Of a stretch of 44,141 nucleotides of DNA, positions 17,377 through 26,000 are shown in pieces. The notes under the pieces were generated by a model. The model did not search any database, had not been told where the DNA came from, and saw only the letters and a list, made by a program, of their open reading frames with translations. Position 1 is the stretch's first letter, and every line of letters starts with the position of its first letter. Both the position numbers and the translations under genes were made by a program. Origin of the DNA: Bacteroidota bacterium (lineage in GTDB: Bacteria > Bacteroidota > Ignavibacteria > Kryptoniales > JAKASW01); NCBI GenBank assembly GCA_021818875.1, contig JAKASW010000003.1, positions 1-44,141 of the forward strand, written 5' to 3'.

Positions 17377-20300
17377 TTAATTCGTAGCCAGCTTTGACAT
17401 TGGGACGACTATGACTACCTTTGTACCCTTGCCGTGGAGTGATTCAATCTTGCAGGTACCGCCGATTTCGGTTGCACGGTCGCACATGTTCCGTAATCCG
17501 TGTCGCAGGTTATGGCCGTTTTCAAAGCCGTTCCCGTCGTCGGATAGCCACATCTCCATATTTTCTTCCGGAAAACCAAATCCGATTTCAAGAGTATGGC
17601 AGTCGGAATGTTTAACTGCATTTGCGAGAGCTTCTTTGAAGATCAGGAGCAAATCCCTTCTAACTACCGAGGACATTTTCATTTCGGGGATATCACCAGG
17701 GGTCTTCCAGCGAATGCTGATATTGATATTCTCAAGATATCGATGAGCGTATTCGTGGAGATATGCGACGAAATGATCGAGAGAGTCATGCTGAGGATTT
17801 ATCGACCATACTATCTCTGAGAGTTTGTCGACAAGCGACCGCGCCAACTCCGCAACCTGACCGATCTGTCCTGATGTCACAGCGGGAACTTCCGCATCCT
17901 GTCGCGAGAGTTCGCTGAGGATGGCGATCTCAGTCAGACCGGCGCCAATCTCATCATGTATATCCCGCGAGAATCTGGTTCGCTCCTTGTCCAGTATGTC
18001 GCGCTCCAACTGGACGACAAGAAGTCGTTTCTTAAACTTCCGGACAGACGCCGCCCTTACAGTTGACACCAAGACACCCAAACAGAAAATGCCCGCGGCC
18101 AACTTAAACCAAAGGGTATCCCAGAAAGGCGGAGGGACAATAATTGCAAGGGAAGCGCCCTTCTGCTCAGGAATCCCGTCAGGGCTTACTGCTCTAACTA
18201 TGAACACATAGCTGCCCGGGGACAGGTGAGTATATTGAATTGATCTTTGGTATTTGAATTTGATCCATGATTGGTCGACACCTACAAGTTTCCCATCGTA
18301 TGTAATTTCGCCCGGGTCGGTCCAGTATGGCGCTATGAAATGAATTGACAGAGTCAGGTTGGAAGAGCTGATTTCCAAAGTATCCACCGGATATCGAACA
18401 ACATATTCACTGTCAGGAAGGGTGACAGTGACAGACTGGATAATACAATGAGGAGCTTGTGTCGGAGTCCACACTTCTGCCGGATCAATGGCGGTCACTC
18501 CATCATTGCCGCCGAAGTAGAGTACGCCATCGGAGCTTTTGAAATAAGCTCCACGATTGAATTCCAGGTTCGCAAGCCATTCGGGATGATTGTAGATACG
18601 AACTTGCGGCGACAGGCTGGTGAGGCTGCTCACGCGCACAATTCCACGATTTGTACTGCACCAGAGGTTCCCGTATTGGTCCGCCAGAACCCCGAAGACA
18701 TTGCTTGATAAGGATTCCGTCAGTGCTCCGATGAAATCGACTTCCCTTCTTGGGTAATCGAGGCGGAAAAGGCCATGGCCTGTCCCAAGATAATAAATCT
18801 GTCCTCCAACTTTTTCCAAAGACCAGACTACGGTTGTCCTGCCGTTCGTTGCCTGGAGAAATCTTTCTGTGGCACCTGATTTCCTGTTAAACCGGAGCAA
18901 TCCGTTCGCGGTTCCGAACCAAATCACACTATCACCCTCGAAACTTATGGATCTTACCTGTTCGTTGGGTTGAAACTTTTTGTAAAGCTTGTACCCCTTA
19001 GTGATGTCCGTTGCGAAGAATTTACCGGTATAAGTCGCACCCCAGAGCCGTCCTGAGTCGTCAGTTGCAAATGCGGTCACAGTATTTAATCCGGGGACAG
19101 AAGTTTGCGGGCCGAAGTAGAAGCTCCTAAAAAGATGTTTCCTCCTATTAACTAAAACGTCAAGACCATCATCTGTGCCTAACCAAACCCGATCGTCACC
19201 ATCAACGCCTGTTGCCCAGATCACGTCGCTGCTCAGGCCAGTTGCCGTACCATCCATCTTCTCCACCAGGTTCGTCGATTTGCCTGAAATGCCGTCATAC
19301 TCATATAAACCTTTACCGTATGTACCGATCCAGAACTTACCTTCTTTGTCCCGGGCTATCGAAAGTACCATCACGTCGGACCGTTCACCTTCGTGCGTGA
19401 GAGTTATGTTATCAAACCCTTTTTGGAAGGGATCATATTCGTATACCCCCCAGATTGTTCCTGCCCAGACAATGCCTTGAGGACCGACACAAATTGAAAA
19501 GACTAGGTCCGCCGCTGACGCCTGTCGTGGCACATCGATCATGGCCTTCTGACATACACTCGTCGCAGGATTATATCTGTAGATATTCTGTCGTGTTGCT
19601 ATCCATACTACTCCGCCCGGGGAAACGCCGTGGCCTACGACATTCTGATGAGCCAGCAGTGATAATGATGCCATCGGTTTTTCCAGAGCAGAACTCCCCG
19701 GATGCCACTCAAACGTACCTTTGTACACATTCAGCAGGTAGGTGGCGGGTCCGATTCGAAAACCCGACAAAAGCTTATGCGAGTGAATTGGAACCGGAGT
19801 ATCTTTTTCCCATACTCTTCCCATCGGTGGAAAGCTGTATATGTTGCCGTCGTTTCCGAAGAGCCAGAAAGTCCCTGTTCTGTCTGCCCAAATGCTCTGC
19901 GGCACGACTGGCAGCCTGATGGCCCCCCGCCGATCGAACATCTTTGCCTGATAGTTATAGCTCTCGAGAAAATGCTTGGTGGCACACCAGACGTTCTTTT
20001 GTCGGTCTTCTAAGATCTCTCCGGGGCATTTGACCCTTAGAATCGTGCTCCTGTTCGGGCTCAGAACTGCCCAGCCCATTGACGTATGAACCCACAACCA
20101 TCCGTGTGAGTCCTCAAAAATACGTCGGACAGTGTTGGAGGGAAGTGAGTTGCTGTCTGTCAGGCTGGCTTTGAACAGCTTCATCTCCTTACCATCCCAC
20201 TCACCGACTCCTTCCAGCGTTCCTAGCCACAGCATCCTCCGATGATCAACGGCTATCGAATAAACAAAATTCTGAGGCAGGAATCTATTAGGGAAAGCGT

Positions 20301-20394
20301 GTTGGAACTTCGGAGGTGCGGACCGTCCATAGGCAAATCCGTCTACGAAGAGATATATGACTGCAAGAAGTAAAAGTCTGGCACTTCTCCTCAT
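17377..20394 (-). CDS. Sensor histidine kinase with periplasmic Reg_prop beta-propellers, Y_Y_Y domain and HisKA_3/HATPase
   Basis: Repeats SLPSNTV, WIGTYGKGL, LSSDVI and WCSTNRGI; EFNRGA..LYFGGNDG; YTHLSPGSYVFIVRA; PPFWDTLWF TM; RFSRDIHDEIGAGLT; KEALANAVKHS, DDGNGF, GLRNM, GKGT. GGAG RBS favours ATG 20394. Confidence 0.93.
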   Translation of the reverse strand: MRRSARLLLLAVIYLFVDGFAYGRSAPPKFQHAFPNRFLPQNFVYSIAVDHRRMLWLGTLEGVGEWDGKEMKLFKASLTDSNSLPSNTVRRIFEDSHGWLWVHTSMGWAVLSPNRSTILRVKCPGEILEDRQKNVWCATKHFLESYNYQAKMFDRRGAIRLPVVPQSIWADRTGTFWLFGNDGNIYSFPPMGRVWEKDTPVPIHSHKLLSGFRIGPATYLLNVYKGTFEWHPGSSALEKPMASLSLLAHQNVVGHGVSPGGVVWIATRQNIYRYNPATSVCQKAMIDVPRQASAADLVFSICVGPQGIVWAGTIWGVYEYDPFQKGFDNITLTHEGERSDVMVLSIARDKEGKFWIGTYGKGLYEYDGISGKSTNLVEKMDGTATGLSSDVIWATGVDGDDRVWLGTDDGLDVLVNRRKHLFRSFYFGPQTSVPGLNTVTAFATDDSGRLWGATYTGKFFATDITKGYKLYKKFQPNEQVRSISFEGDSVIWFGTANGLLRFNRKSGATERFLQATNGRTTVVWSLEKVGGQIYYLGTGHGLFRLDYPRREVDFIGALTESLSSNVFGVLADQYGNLWCSTNRGIVRVSSLTSLSPQVRIYNHPEWLANLEFNRGAYFKSSDGVLYFGGNDGVTAIDPAEVWTPTQAPHCIIQSVTVTLPDSEYVVRYPVDTLEISSSNLTLSIHFIAPYWTDPGEITYDGKLVGVDQSWIKFKYQRSIQYTHLSPGSYVFIVRAVSPDGIPEQKGASLAIIVPPPFWDTLWFKLAAGIFCLGVLVSTVRAASVRKFKKRLLVVQLERDILDKERTRFSRDIHDEIGAGLTEIAILSELSRQDAEVPAVTSGQIGQVAELARSLVDKLSEIVWSINPQHDSLDHFVAYLHEYAHRYLENINISIRWKTPGDIPEMKMSSVVRRDLLLIFKEALANAVKHSDCHTLEIGFGFPEENMEMWLSDDGNGFENGHNLRHGLRNMCDRATEIGGTCKIESLHGKGTKVVIVVPMSKLATN

Positions 20395-20500
20395 GATCAA
20401 GCTCCGTATGGGTTGATGCTAAGGCGCTCTCGGAAAAATTTAACGGACCCGAGTCGAACTACAAATTAAATTAACAGTCCAACACAATTGGTACTCCCGA

Positions 20501-21583
20501 CTATGGTCGCCGTGAAGCTGCTGGTTGCTCGTGTGTCAGGCAATGTATCGTCCCTAACCCCCAGACAAGATCGAGTGCATGTATCCCGATGACCGGGCGA
20601 TCTGTAACGAGCTCGGCAATGAGCCCGAGTGCTGTCCTGTCATTTGGATCGTCGAAAGTTGGAACGAGGACGGCCGCATTAGAAAAATAAAAGTTCGCAT
20701 AACTCGCAGGAAGTCTTTGACCTTTGAAGAGGACCGGTTCAGGCATCGGGATGAAAGCGACATCCGGCTTCGTTCCGTCCGCCAGCGTGAAGTCGCGAAT
20801 CCTCTCTTTGTTCTCGCAGAGGGGTTTGTAGTTATCGTCGCGCTGATTTCTCTCTTCGACCAGGACCAGTGTCTTTTCATTCACGAACCTGCATAGATCA
20901 TCGACATGTCCGTGCGTGTCGTCCCCGGCAATTCCTTTCCCGAGCCAAAGGACATTGTCAATGCCAATGTAATCGTGAAAGGCCTTTTCATAGTCGTTCC
21001 TTGAAAATCCAGGATTGCGTGTCTGAACCGCCTCATTAAGGAGACATTCTTCTGTGGTTATGAGTGTTCCATTTCCATTGTGGTCGACGGACCCGCCCTC
21101 AAGAATTATCGGTCTGTCATTGTGCGTTGCCCAAAATGTTCGAATGCCGAGTTTTTTCGAGATGAAACCGGGAATTTTTCTATCTTTCTTGTAATCCGGA
21201 TATTTCGCCCACCCGTTGAAGCCGAAATTCACCTGGGCGATTCCACTCGCATTCTTGATGAACTGCGGCCCGGAATCTCGCGTCCATCCTCTGTCCGTTT
21301 CAAAAACAAAGAACTCAACGTCGTTTGTATCGACGTTCGCCGATCTTAGAACTGTTCGTGCATGTCGCTCGTGTTCTCCGGACTCAACAAATATCCGTGT
21401 CTTCTCCCCCGCTGATATTCTCCTCACTATCTCAGCATACACCCACGGTACAGGCGTGAATCTGCCGGGCCAGTCACTCCTGTTATGGGGCCAGCCGAGC
21501 CAGGTAGCTTCGTGATTCTCCCATTCGGCGGGAAGGCGGTAACCGAGCTCCGACGGAAGTTTTTCTAAAATTTGTGATTTCAT
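20501..21583 (-). CDS. aguA: Agmatine deiminase family (peptidyl-arginine deiminase-like)
   Basis: RLPAEWENHEATWLGWP, WTRDSGP, FNGWAK, LEGGS, DDTHGHVDD, RLPASYANF and GTIHCLTHEQP (catalytic Cys). Confidence 0.93.
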   Translation of the reverse strand: MKSQILEKLPSELGYRLPAEWENHEATWLGWPHNRSDWPGRFTPVPWVYAEIVRRISAGEKTRIFVESGEHERHARTVLRSANVDTNDVEFFVFETDRGWTRDSGPQFIKNASGIAQVNFGFNGWAKYPDYKKDRKIPGFISKKLGIRTFWATHNDRPIILEGGSVDHNGNGTLITTEECLLNEAVQTRNPGFSRNDYEKAFHDYIGIDNVLWLGKGIAGDDTHGHVDDLCRFVNEKTLVLVEERNQRDDNYKPLCENKERIRDFTLADGTKPDVAFIPMPEPVLFKGQRLPASYANFYFSNAAVLVPTFDDPNDRTALGLIAELVTDRPVIGIHALDLVWGLGTIHCLTHEQPAASRRP

Positions 21584-21589
21584 TCGTTC

Positions 21590-21704
21590 TTATTGAGGCA
21601 GGCCGGAGAAAAGAGGCAGTAGACAAGATGAACGCTATGACAAGTGAGGCACGGTATTGAGTTACAAGATTCTGTTTCCTTCCTCCTGTCTCCTGTCTCC
21701 TTCA
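21590..21704. repeat. Degenerate short (about 7-bp) purine/pyrimidine tandem repeats in inverted arrangement
   Basis: GAGGCAG-type units at the left (GAGGCAG..GAGGCAGTAGACAAG) face TCCTGTC-TCCTGTC-TCCTTC units at the right. Confidence 0.4.
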
Positions 21705-22616
21705 TTAGTGCTGGCTCTTTTTGCCTGGGCCAATAAATCTCTCCCCGATCCCGTCATACGCATCTACCCGCCTGTCTCGAAGGAACGGCCAATTCTGACG
21801 GATGTACTCGATTCGACTGAGGTCAACTTCTGCCATTAGAGCTTCTTCTTTGTCAGATGATGCCTGTGCCATGATCTTCCCTTGCGGGTCAGCGATGAAG
21901 GAGTTTCCCCAGAATTCGATTCCTGCCGACGTCTCATTCACTTTCTCAAGTCCAACTCTATTCGCAGCGGCGACATAGACACCGTTTGCAATTGCATGTC
22001 CGCGCTGCACCGTCAGCCATGACTCGAATTGCGCATTTCCGTGTTCGGCTTTTTCATGCGGGTGCCAACCTATTGCAGTGGGATAGAAAAGCACGCTCGC
22101 CCCCTTGAGAGCGGTAAGCCGAGCGGCCTCCGGGTACCACTGGTCCCAACATATGAGCGCTCCGACATCTCCGTATTTGACCCGATACGAATCGAACCCG
22201 AGATCGCCGGGGGTAAAATAAAACTTTTCATAGAAGGCGGGATCATCTGGGATGTGCATCTTTCGGTAAATCCCGGCGATCGTTCCGTCTGCGTCGATGA
22301 TCGCTGCCGTGTTGTGATAGACGCCCGGTGCGCGTTTTTCGAATACCGGTACGATCACCGCTACCGCAAGCTTCCTGGCCAACTTTGAGAGCGCTTCTGT
22401 TGAGGGTCCGGGAATTGTCTCTGCCAATTCGAATTTCCTGATATCCTCGGTCTGACAAAAATATTGTGACCTGAATAATTCAGGCAAGCAGATGATCTTT
22501 GCACCTTCGCGAGCTGCCTTTTGAATGAACGAAATAGCATGCTTGAGGTTAAGGTTCGGATTCTTTTCCATAGCCATCTGGACGAGACCTACTGCAAACT
22601 TGTCTCCAGTGGGCAT
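21705..22616 (-). CDS. aguB: N-carbamoylputrescine amidase (carbon-nitrogen hydrolase / nitrilase family)
   Basis: CLPELF, YRKMHIPDDPAFYEKFYFTPGD, ICWDQWYPEAAR, YPTAIGW, QRGHAIANG and WPFLRDRR. Adjacent to aguA. Start moved to MPTGDKF. Confidence 0.9.
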   Translation of the reverse strand: MPTGDKFAVGLVQMAMEKNPNLNLKHAISFIQKAAREGAKIICLPELFRSQYFCQTEDIRKFELAETIPGPSTEALSKLARKLAVAVIVPVFEKRAPGVYHNTAAIIDADGTIAGIYRKMHIPDDPAFYEKFYFTPGDLGFDSYRVKYGDVGALICWDQWYPEAARLTALKGASVLFYPTAIGWHPHEKAEHGNAQFESWLTVQRGHAIANGVYVAAANRVGLEKVNETSAGIEFWGNSFIADPQGKIMAQASSDKEEALMAEVDLSRIEYIRQNWPFLRDRRVDAYDGIGERFIGPGKKSQH

Positions 22617-22749
22617 TGTTTTCCCTCTTTGTCTCATCTCACCTTGCTGACGATCCTGCGATGGGCATCCCCGCAAATTTCATTTCCACTTTTACTCTAA
22701 TATTCTCTTTCTGACTTCGTAAGATAGCACACCGGGCAGAATTGCTCAA

Positions 22750-23379
22750 TCAAATTCTCCTCCTTATCGCCGCCGACTCCGCTTTGTTTGTCACAGTGAC
22801 ATCGAGGTCCTTGATCAATCCGTCGGAAATATCATATATCCAACCATGGACATTCAACTGCTGCCCCATCCCCCAGGCGTTCTGGACGATCCCCGTCTGG
22901 CACACGTTCCACACCTGTTCCATGACATTCAGCTCACAAAGCAAATTATATCTTGCAGGTTCGCCGCTGAGAGCCTCCAACACGACCTGATGATTCCTGT
23001 ACACATCCCTTATGTACTGGAGCCAATTGTCAATCATGCCGTACCCCTTCCTTTCCACTGCGGCCATGACGCCGCCGCAGCCATAGTGCCCGCAGACAAT
23101 TATATGTCTTACCTTCAGGACTTCTACCGCAAACTGGATTACCGAGAGACAATTCAGATCGGAATGGACCACTAAATTCGCAATATTCCTATGGACAAAA
23201 ATCTCACCCGGCAGCAAGTCTACAATTTCAGTAGCCGGGACGCGGCTGTCGGAACATCCGATCCATAAGTATTCCGGTGCCTGCTGCTGAGACAGGCGAA
23301 GAAAAAAATCCGGATCCCTTTCCTTCATCGCCGCTGCCCACGTTCTGTTCCTATCAAACAAGTCGCTCAATGTTCTCAT
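22750..23379 (-). CDS. can: Beta-class carbonic anhydrase
   Basis: QQQAPEYLWIGCSDSRVP, GEIFVHRNIAN, VCGHYGCGG and HGWIYDISDG (E. coli Can/YadF type). Confidence 0.95.
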   Translation of the reverse strand: MRTLSDLFDRNRTWAAAMKERDPDFFLRLSQQQAPEYLWIGCSDSRVPATEIVDLLPGEIFVHRNIANLVVHSDLNCLSVIQFAVEVLKVRHIIVCGHYGCGGVMAAVERKGYGMIDNWLQYIRDVYRNHQVVLEALSGEPARYNLLCELNVMEQVWNVCQTGIVQNAWGMGQQLNVHGWIYDISDGLIKDLDVTVTNKAESAAIRRRI

Positions 23380-23401
23380 TGAATCTCCTGCTAAACCATT
23401 G

Positions 23402-24814
23402 CTACGTCTTAACTTCCTTACTCAGTGCTCTGTCAGCTGCCCGACCGAGCACCTTCCAGATTTCCTCGAGCCAGTCAAGATGCTCCGGTTTCATAAGAAC
23501 AGAGCGAAGGCAAGTAATAGTTTCTGAATTCTTCGTCATACCTGAAGGCTCCGTTTCGAAGAAGGCTGCGGGCAGCTCAACGAGAGCAAGATGCAGATTG
23601 TCTTTCGCTGCCTCATCAAATATCTTTCGCGCATATTCCGAAGATCGAGTGACACTCTCTGATACAGGTGCCCAGATAACAATATCGAGTTCCGGCTGGA
23701 ACGGAGTTATAAATCTCCCATCCGCCTTCAATTTCCTGTGTAGTTCAAGTGCAGCTGTACGACATTTCTCTAACGAGGTTGCAAACTCACCATGATGAAC
23801 AAGCGGAAGAAATCTCTGCGTTGCCCACAAAGCTACTGCCGAAGCACCTGGACGCGAACACTCAAGGCTTATTTCTCCAAGATGCAATCCGACCGGAGAG
23901 GATTCTCCTTCCGAAGATTCATCGCCAGTAAAATAAGTGTATGGCGAATCGTGTTTGTAGAACCTTGCTACCGAAGGGTCGCGAAAGATTACACAACCAC
24001 ACCCGTAAGGTTGAAGGCCATGTTTGTGAGGATCCACAACAATCGAATCGACTTCTGAAATTCGATCGTACGCCTTGCGAGTCTGTTCATCAAGATTACC
24101 AGCGAGAATGAAGTACCCACCATACGCAGCGTCCGCGTGCAACCGAAAGCCGTACTCTCGCTGCAACCCGACGATCTCATCCAGGGGGTCGACCGCACCG
24201 GCCGCTGTTGTCCCAATCGTCGCGACGACGGTTCCGACTTCATAATAGTCGAGATATTTCTTCAGCGCTTCGACATCCATTCGCCCGTTTCTATCGCAGG
24301 CGACGGGCTCGAATTCTAAGCCCAGGACCGCAGTGATCCTTGAATGAGTGTAATGTGCCTGTTGGGAAGCAACAACTTTTTTCCCGGGGTTCAGCTGCCC
24401 TGCAACCCAGAGCGCTTCAAGGTTCGCCATGGTGCCGCCGCCTGTGAGGTGACCAAGATGCTTTTTCCATCCGAACATTCGAGCGATCTCAGCAACTGCC
24501 TCTTTCTCCATATTCGAACTAGCGCGGCCGCCGTCCAACGCATGATTGTTTGGATTGATCCACATGGAAAGCATGTAGGCAATCCTCGCAATTGGATGCG
24601 GCGGCTTGAGCATCTGTCCGGCATAAAACGGATGAAAGTATGGATAGTTGTCTTTCATCCGCTCTGCAGCTTCAAGGATCACTCTCTCGAAAGTCTTCTG
24701 GTCTTCAACAGAAGGGTTATTGGACGGCAGCATGGAATAGCCTTTTTCCATCTCGCCGAGCGCAGTCCGGAGAATTTGAAGAGTGCTTTTTTCAAAAATG
24801 CCAGGCTGTTCCAT
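23402..24814 (-). CDS. PLP-dependent group II (AAT-fold) amino-acid decarboxylase, substrate uncertain
   Basis: GGTMANLEAL, HYTH, GTTAAGAVDP, LHADAAYGG, DPHKHG (PLP Lys) and LECSRPG. Start uncertain (24814, 24838, 24874 or 24889 possible). Confidence 0.85.
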   Translation of the reverse strand: MEQPGIFEKSTLQILRTALGEMEKGYSMLPSNNPSVEDQKTFERVILEAAERMKDNYPYFHPFYAGQMLKPPHPIARIAYMLSMWINPNNHALDGGRASSNMEKEAVAEIARMFGWKKHLGHLTGGGTMANLEALWVAGQLNPGKKVVASQQAHYTHSRITAVLGLEFEPVACDRNGRMDVEALKKYLDYYEVGTVVATIGTTAAGAVDPLDEIVGLQREYGFRLHADAAYGGYFILAGNLDEQTRKAYDRISEVDSIVVDPHKHGLQPYGCGCVIFRDPSVARFYKHDSPYTYFTGDESSEGESSPVGLHLGEISLECSRPGASAVALWATQRFLPLVHHGEFATSLEKCRTAALELHRKLKADGRFITPFQPELDIVIWAPVSESVTRSSEYARKIFDEAAKDNLHLALVELPAAFFETEPSGMTKNSETITCLRSVLMKPEHLDWLEEIWKVLGRAADRALSKEVKT

Positions 24815-24986
24815 CTTCCTAGTTGAACGACGGGGCATTTGGCGTGTACCATATTTCTTTTTTCTAATACTCATCTGATGCTTTGTCAACGGGTCCTCCG
24901 AAACAGAAAACACTGAAAAAGTGGCTGCAATTCTTGACAGAAATTTACGAATTACAAGCTACTGAATCTAATGTCCGACAGTCGCG

Positions 24987-25323
24987 CGTGGTCTGGTTGT
25001 AAGGGCTCAGTTGCCGACTCCGGCGAAAACCAAGGCTTTGGAATTCATCGTGGATTCCGGCGCAGGTGTAAAAGAATGAACATAAGGCCGATTGTCAAAA
25101 AAGAATCCGTTTGGCCGACGGCGGCAGGATAACCCGTAGAAAAGGGTCTGTTCTTTTCAGGTACCTGGAGAAAAGGGAAGGGTCCGATGTCATATTCGGC
25201 GAACAGGATGACGCCACTCGCCTTGGTTCTCTGACACTCGAATCTTCGGGTCTCGCACCTGATCCTACTCGTCGTGGACCGAAACCTTCGCCGTTAATAC
25301 TTTTCTCTATTCAGACTCAATAG
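24987..25323 (+). pseudogene. Clan AA (retropepsin-like) aspartyl protease pseudogene
   Basis: One frame gives (R)GLVVRAQLPTPAKTKALEFIVDSGA then a stop at 25077-25079. Other frames continue KRMNIRPIVKKE and LADGGRITRRKG..SDVIFGEQDDATRLGSLTLE..GL..DPTRR..KP.PLIL. Start codon lost, two frameshifts and an internal deletion. Confidence 0.75.
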
Positions 25324-25324
25324 G

Positions 25325-25498
25325 CAAAAAGGCGCCGCCAGCTTTGAACTGTGGCTTGGATGGTTTGGTTTTGTGGAGGCCATACGTGTTAAAGCGACGC
25401 CTTTCCCCGCGGACGCGGGCTCCCGTACACCTTGCTCTCACTGAGATGAGCGGGATCGATCCCCTATCTGTTCTAAGATAACCAGCCATCTTTAAGCT
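25325..25498. ncRNA. Candidate structured non-coding RNA of unknown family
   Basis: Many helices: AAAGGCG/CGCCTTT, TGTGGCTT/AGGCCATA, CCCGCG/CGCGGG, GCTC/GAGC, palindrome GGGATCGATCCC and long-range GATGGTTTGGTT/AACCAGCCATC. No credible ORF. Confidence 0.35.
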
Positions 25499-25567
25499 AA
25501 GGTAAACTTATCTTTAAGGTGATTATAAATCTTCCAGCGAAAAGGATGGCCAGGACGGAGCCCCCGG

Positions 25568-25975
25568 CTATTTTCGCATCTTATGCGGGAGAGTCTGAGG
25601 AGCAGTTTCTCTCTTCAAAATCAATCCATTCAGCCAGGAAAGTAAGACCACGACGAACCCCAACGCTATCAACCAGACAAAGTGAAACCATCCTCCCGCA
25701 AGCATTCCGACAAAACCGATTGACCGAGCAGTATCTGCCGCACGCCCCATATATTTCTTAACATATTTCCCAAGTTTCGATCGCTTCTCTTTCTCGAGAT
25801 CCATCACCCTGATCATGAAAAATGAAATTACAAGGGAAGGAACGAATGCGACCACCAATCCAGGGATCAACAAATTAATCCAGAGTAAGTATACGGCCAC
25901 AAACGCAGCTATCACATCGGTGGCAAGCTTGAACGGATGGATCTGGAGGTAAAGAGCCTTGTCGATAATGTTCAT
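25568..25975 (-). CDS. Hypothetical membrane protein (about 4 TM)
   Basis: 135 aa with two hydrophobic hairpins and LYLQIHPFKL N-terminus. GGGGAG RBS; follows hflX by 25 nt. Confidence 0.7.
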   Translation of the reverse strand: MNIIDKALYLQIHPFKLATDVIAAFVAVYLLWINLLIPGLVVAFVPSLVISFFMIRVMDLEKEKRSKLGKYVKKYMGRAADTARSIGFVGMLAGGWFHFVWLIALGFVVVLLSWLNGLILKRETAPQTLPHKMRK

Positions 25976-26000
25976 AGCTTTTGCTCCCCTGTCTGTTCCA

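Noticed and set aside
25307-25489. 60-aa minus-strand ORF
   Set aside because: No RBS or motif; overlaps the pseudogene tail and the structured element.
25415-25490. TPP- or SAM-I-riboswitch-like words (CTGAGA...CCC...CTG; TTATC...AAGGTG) and a tRNA T-arm-like GGGATCGATCCC
   Set aside because: Core consensus and stems are incomplete, no CCA end or cloverleaf, and on the + strand it faces the end of a convergent gene. Kept only as an unknown ncRNA candidate.
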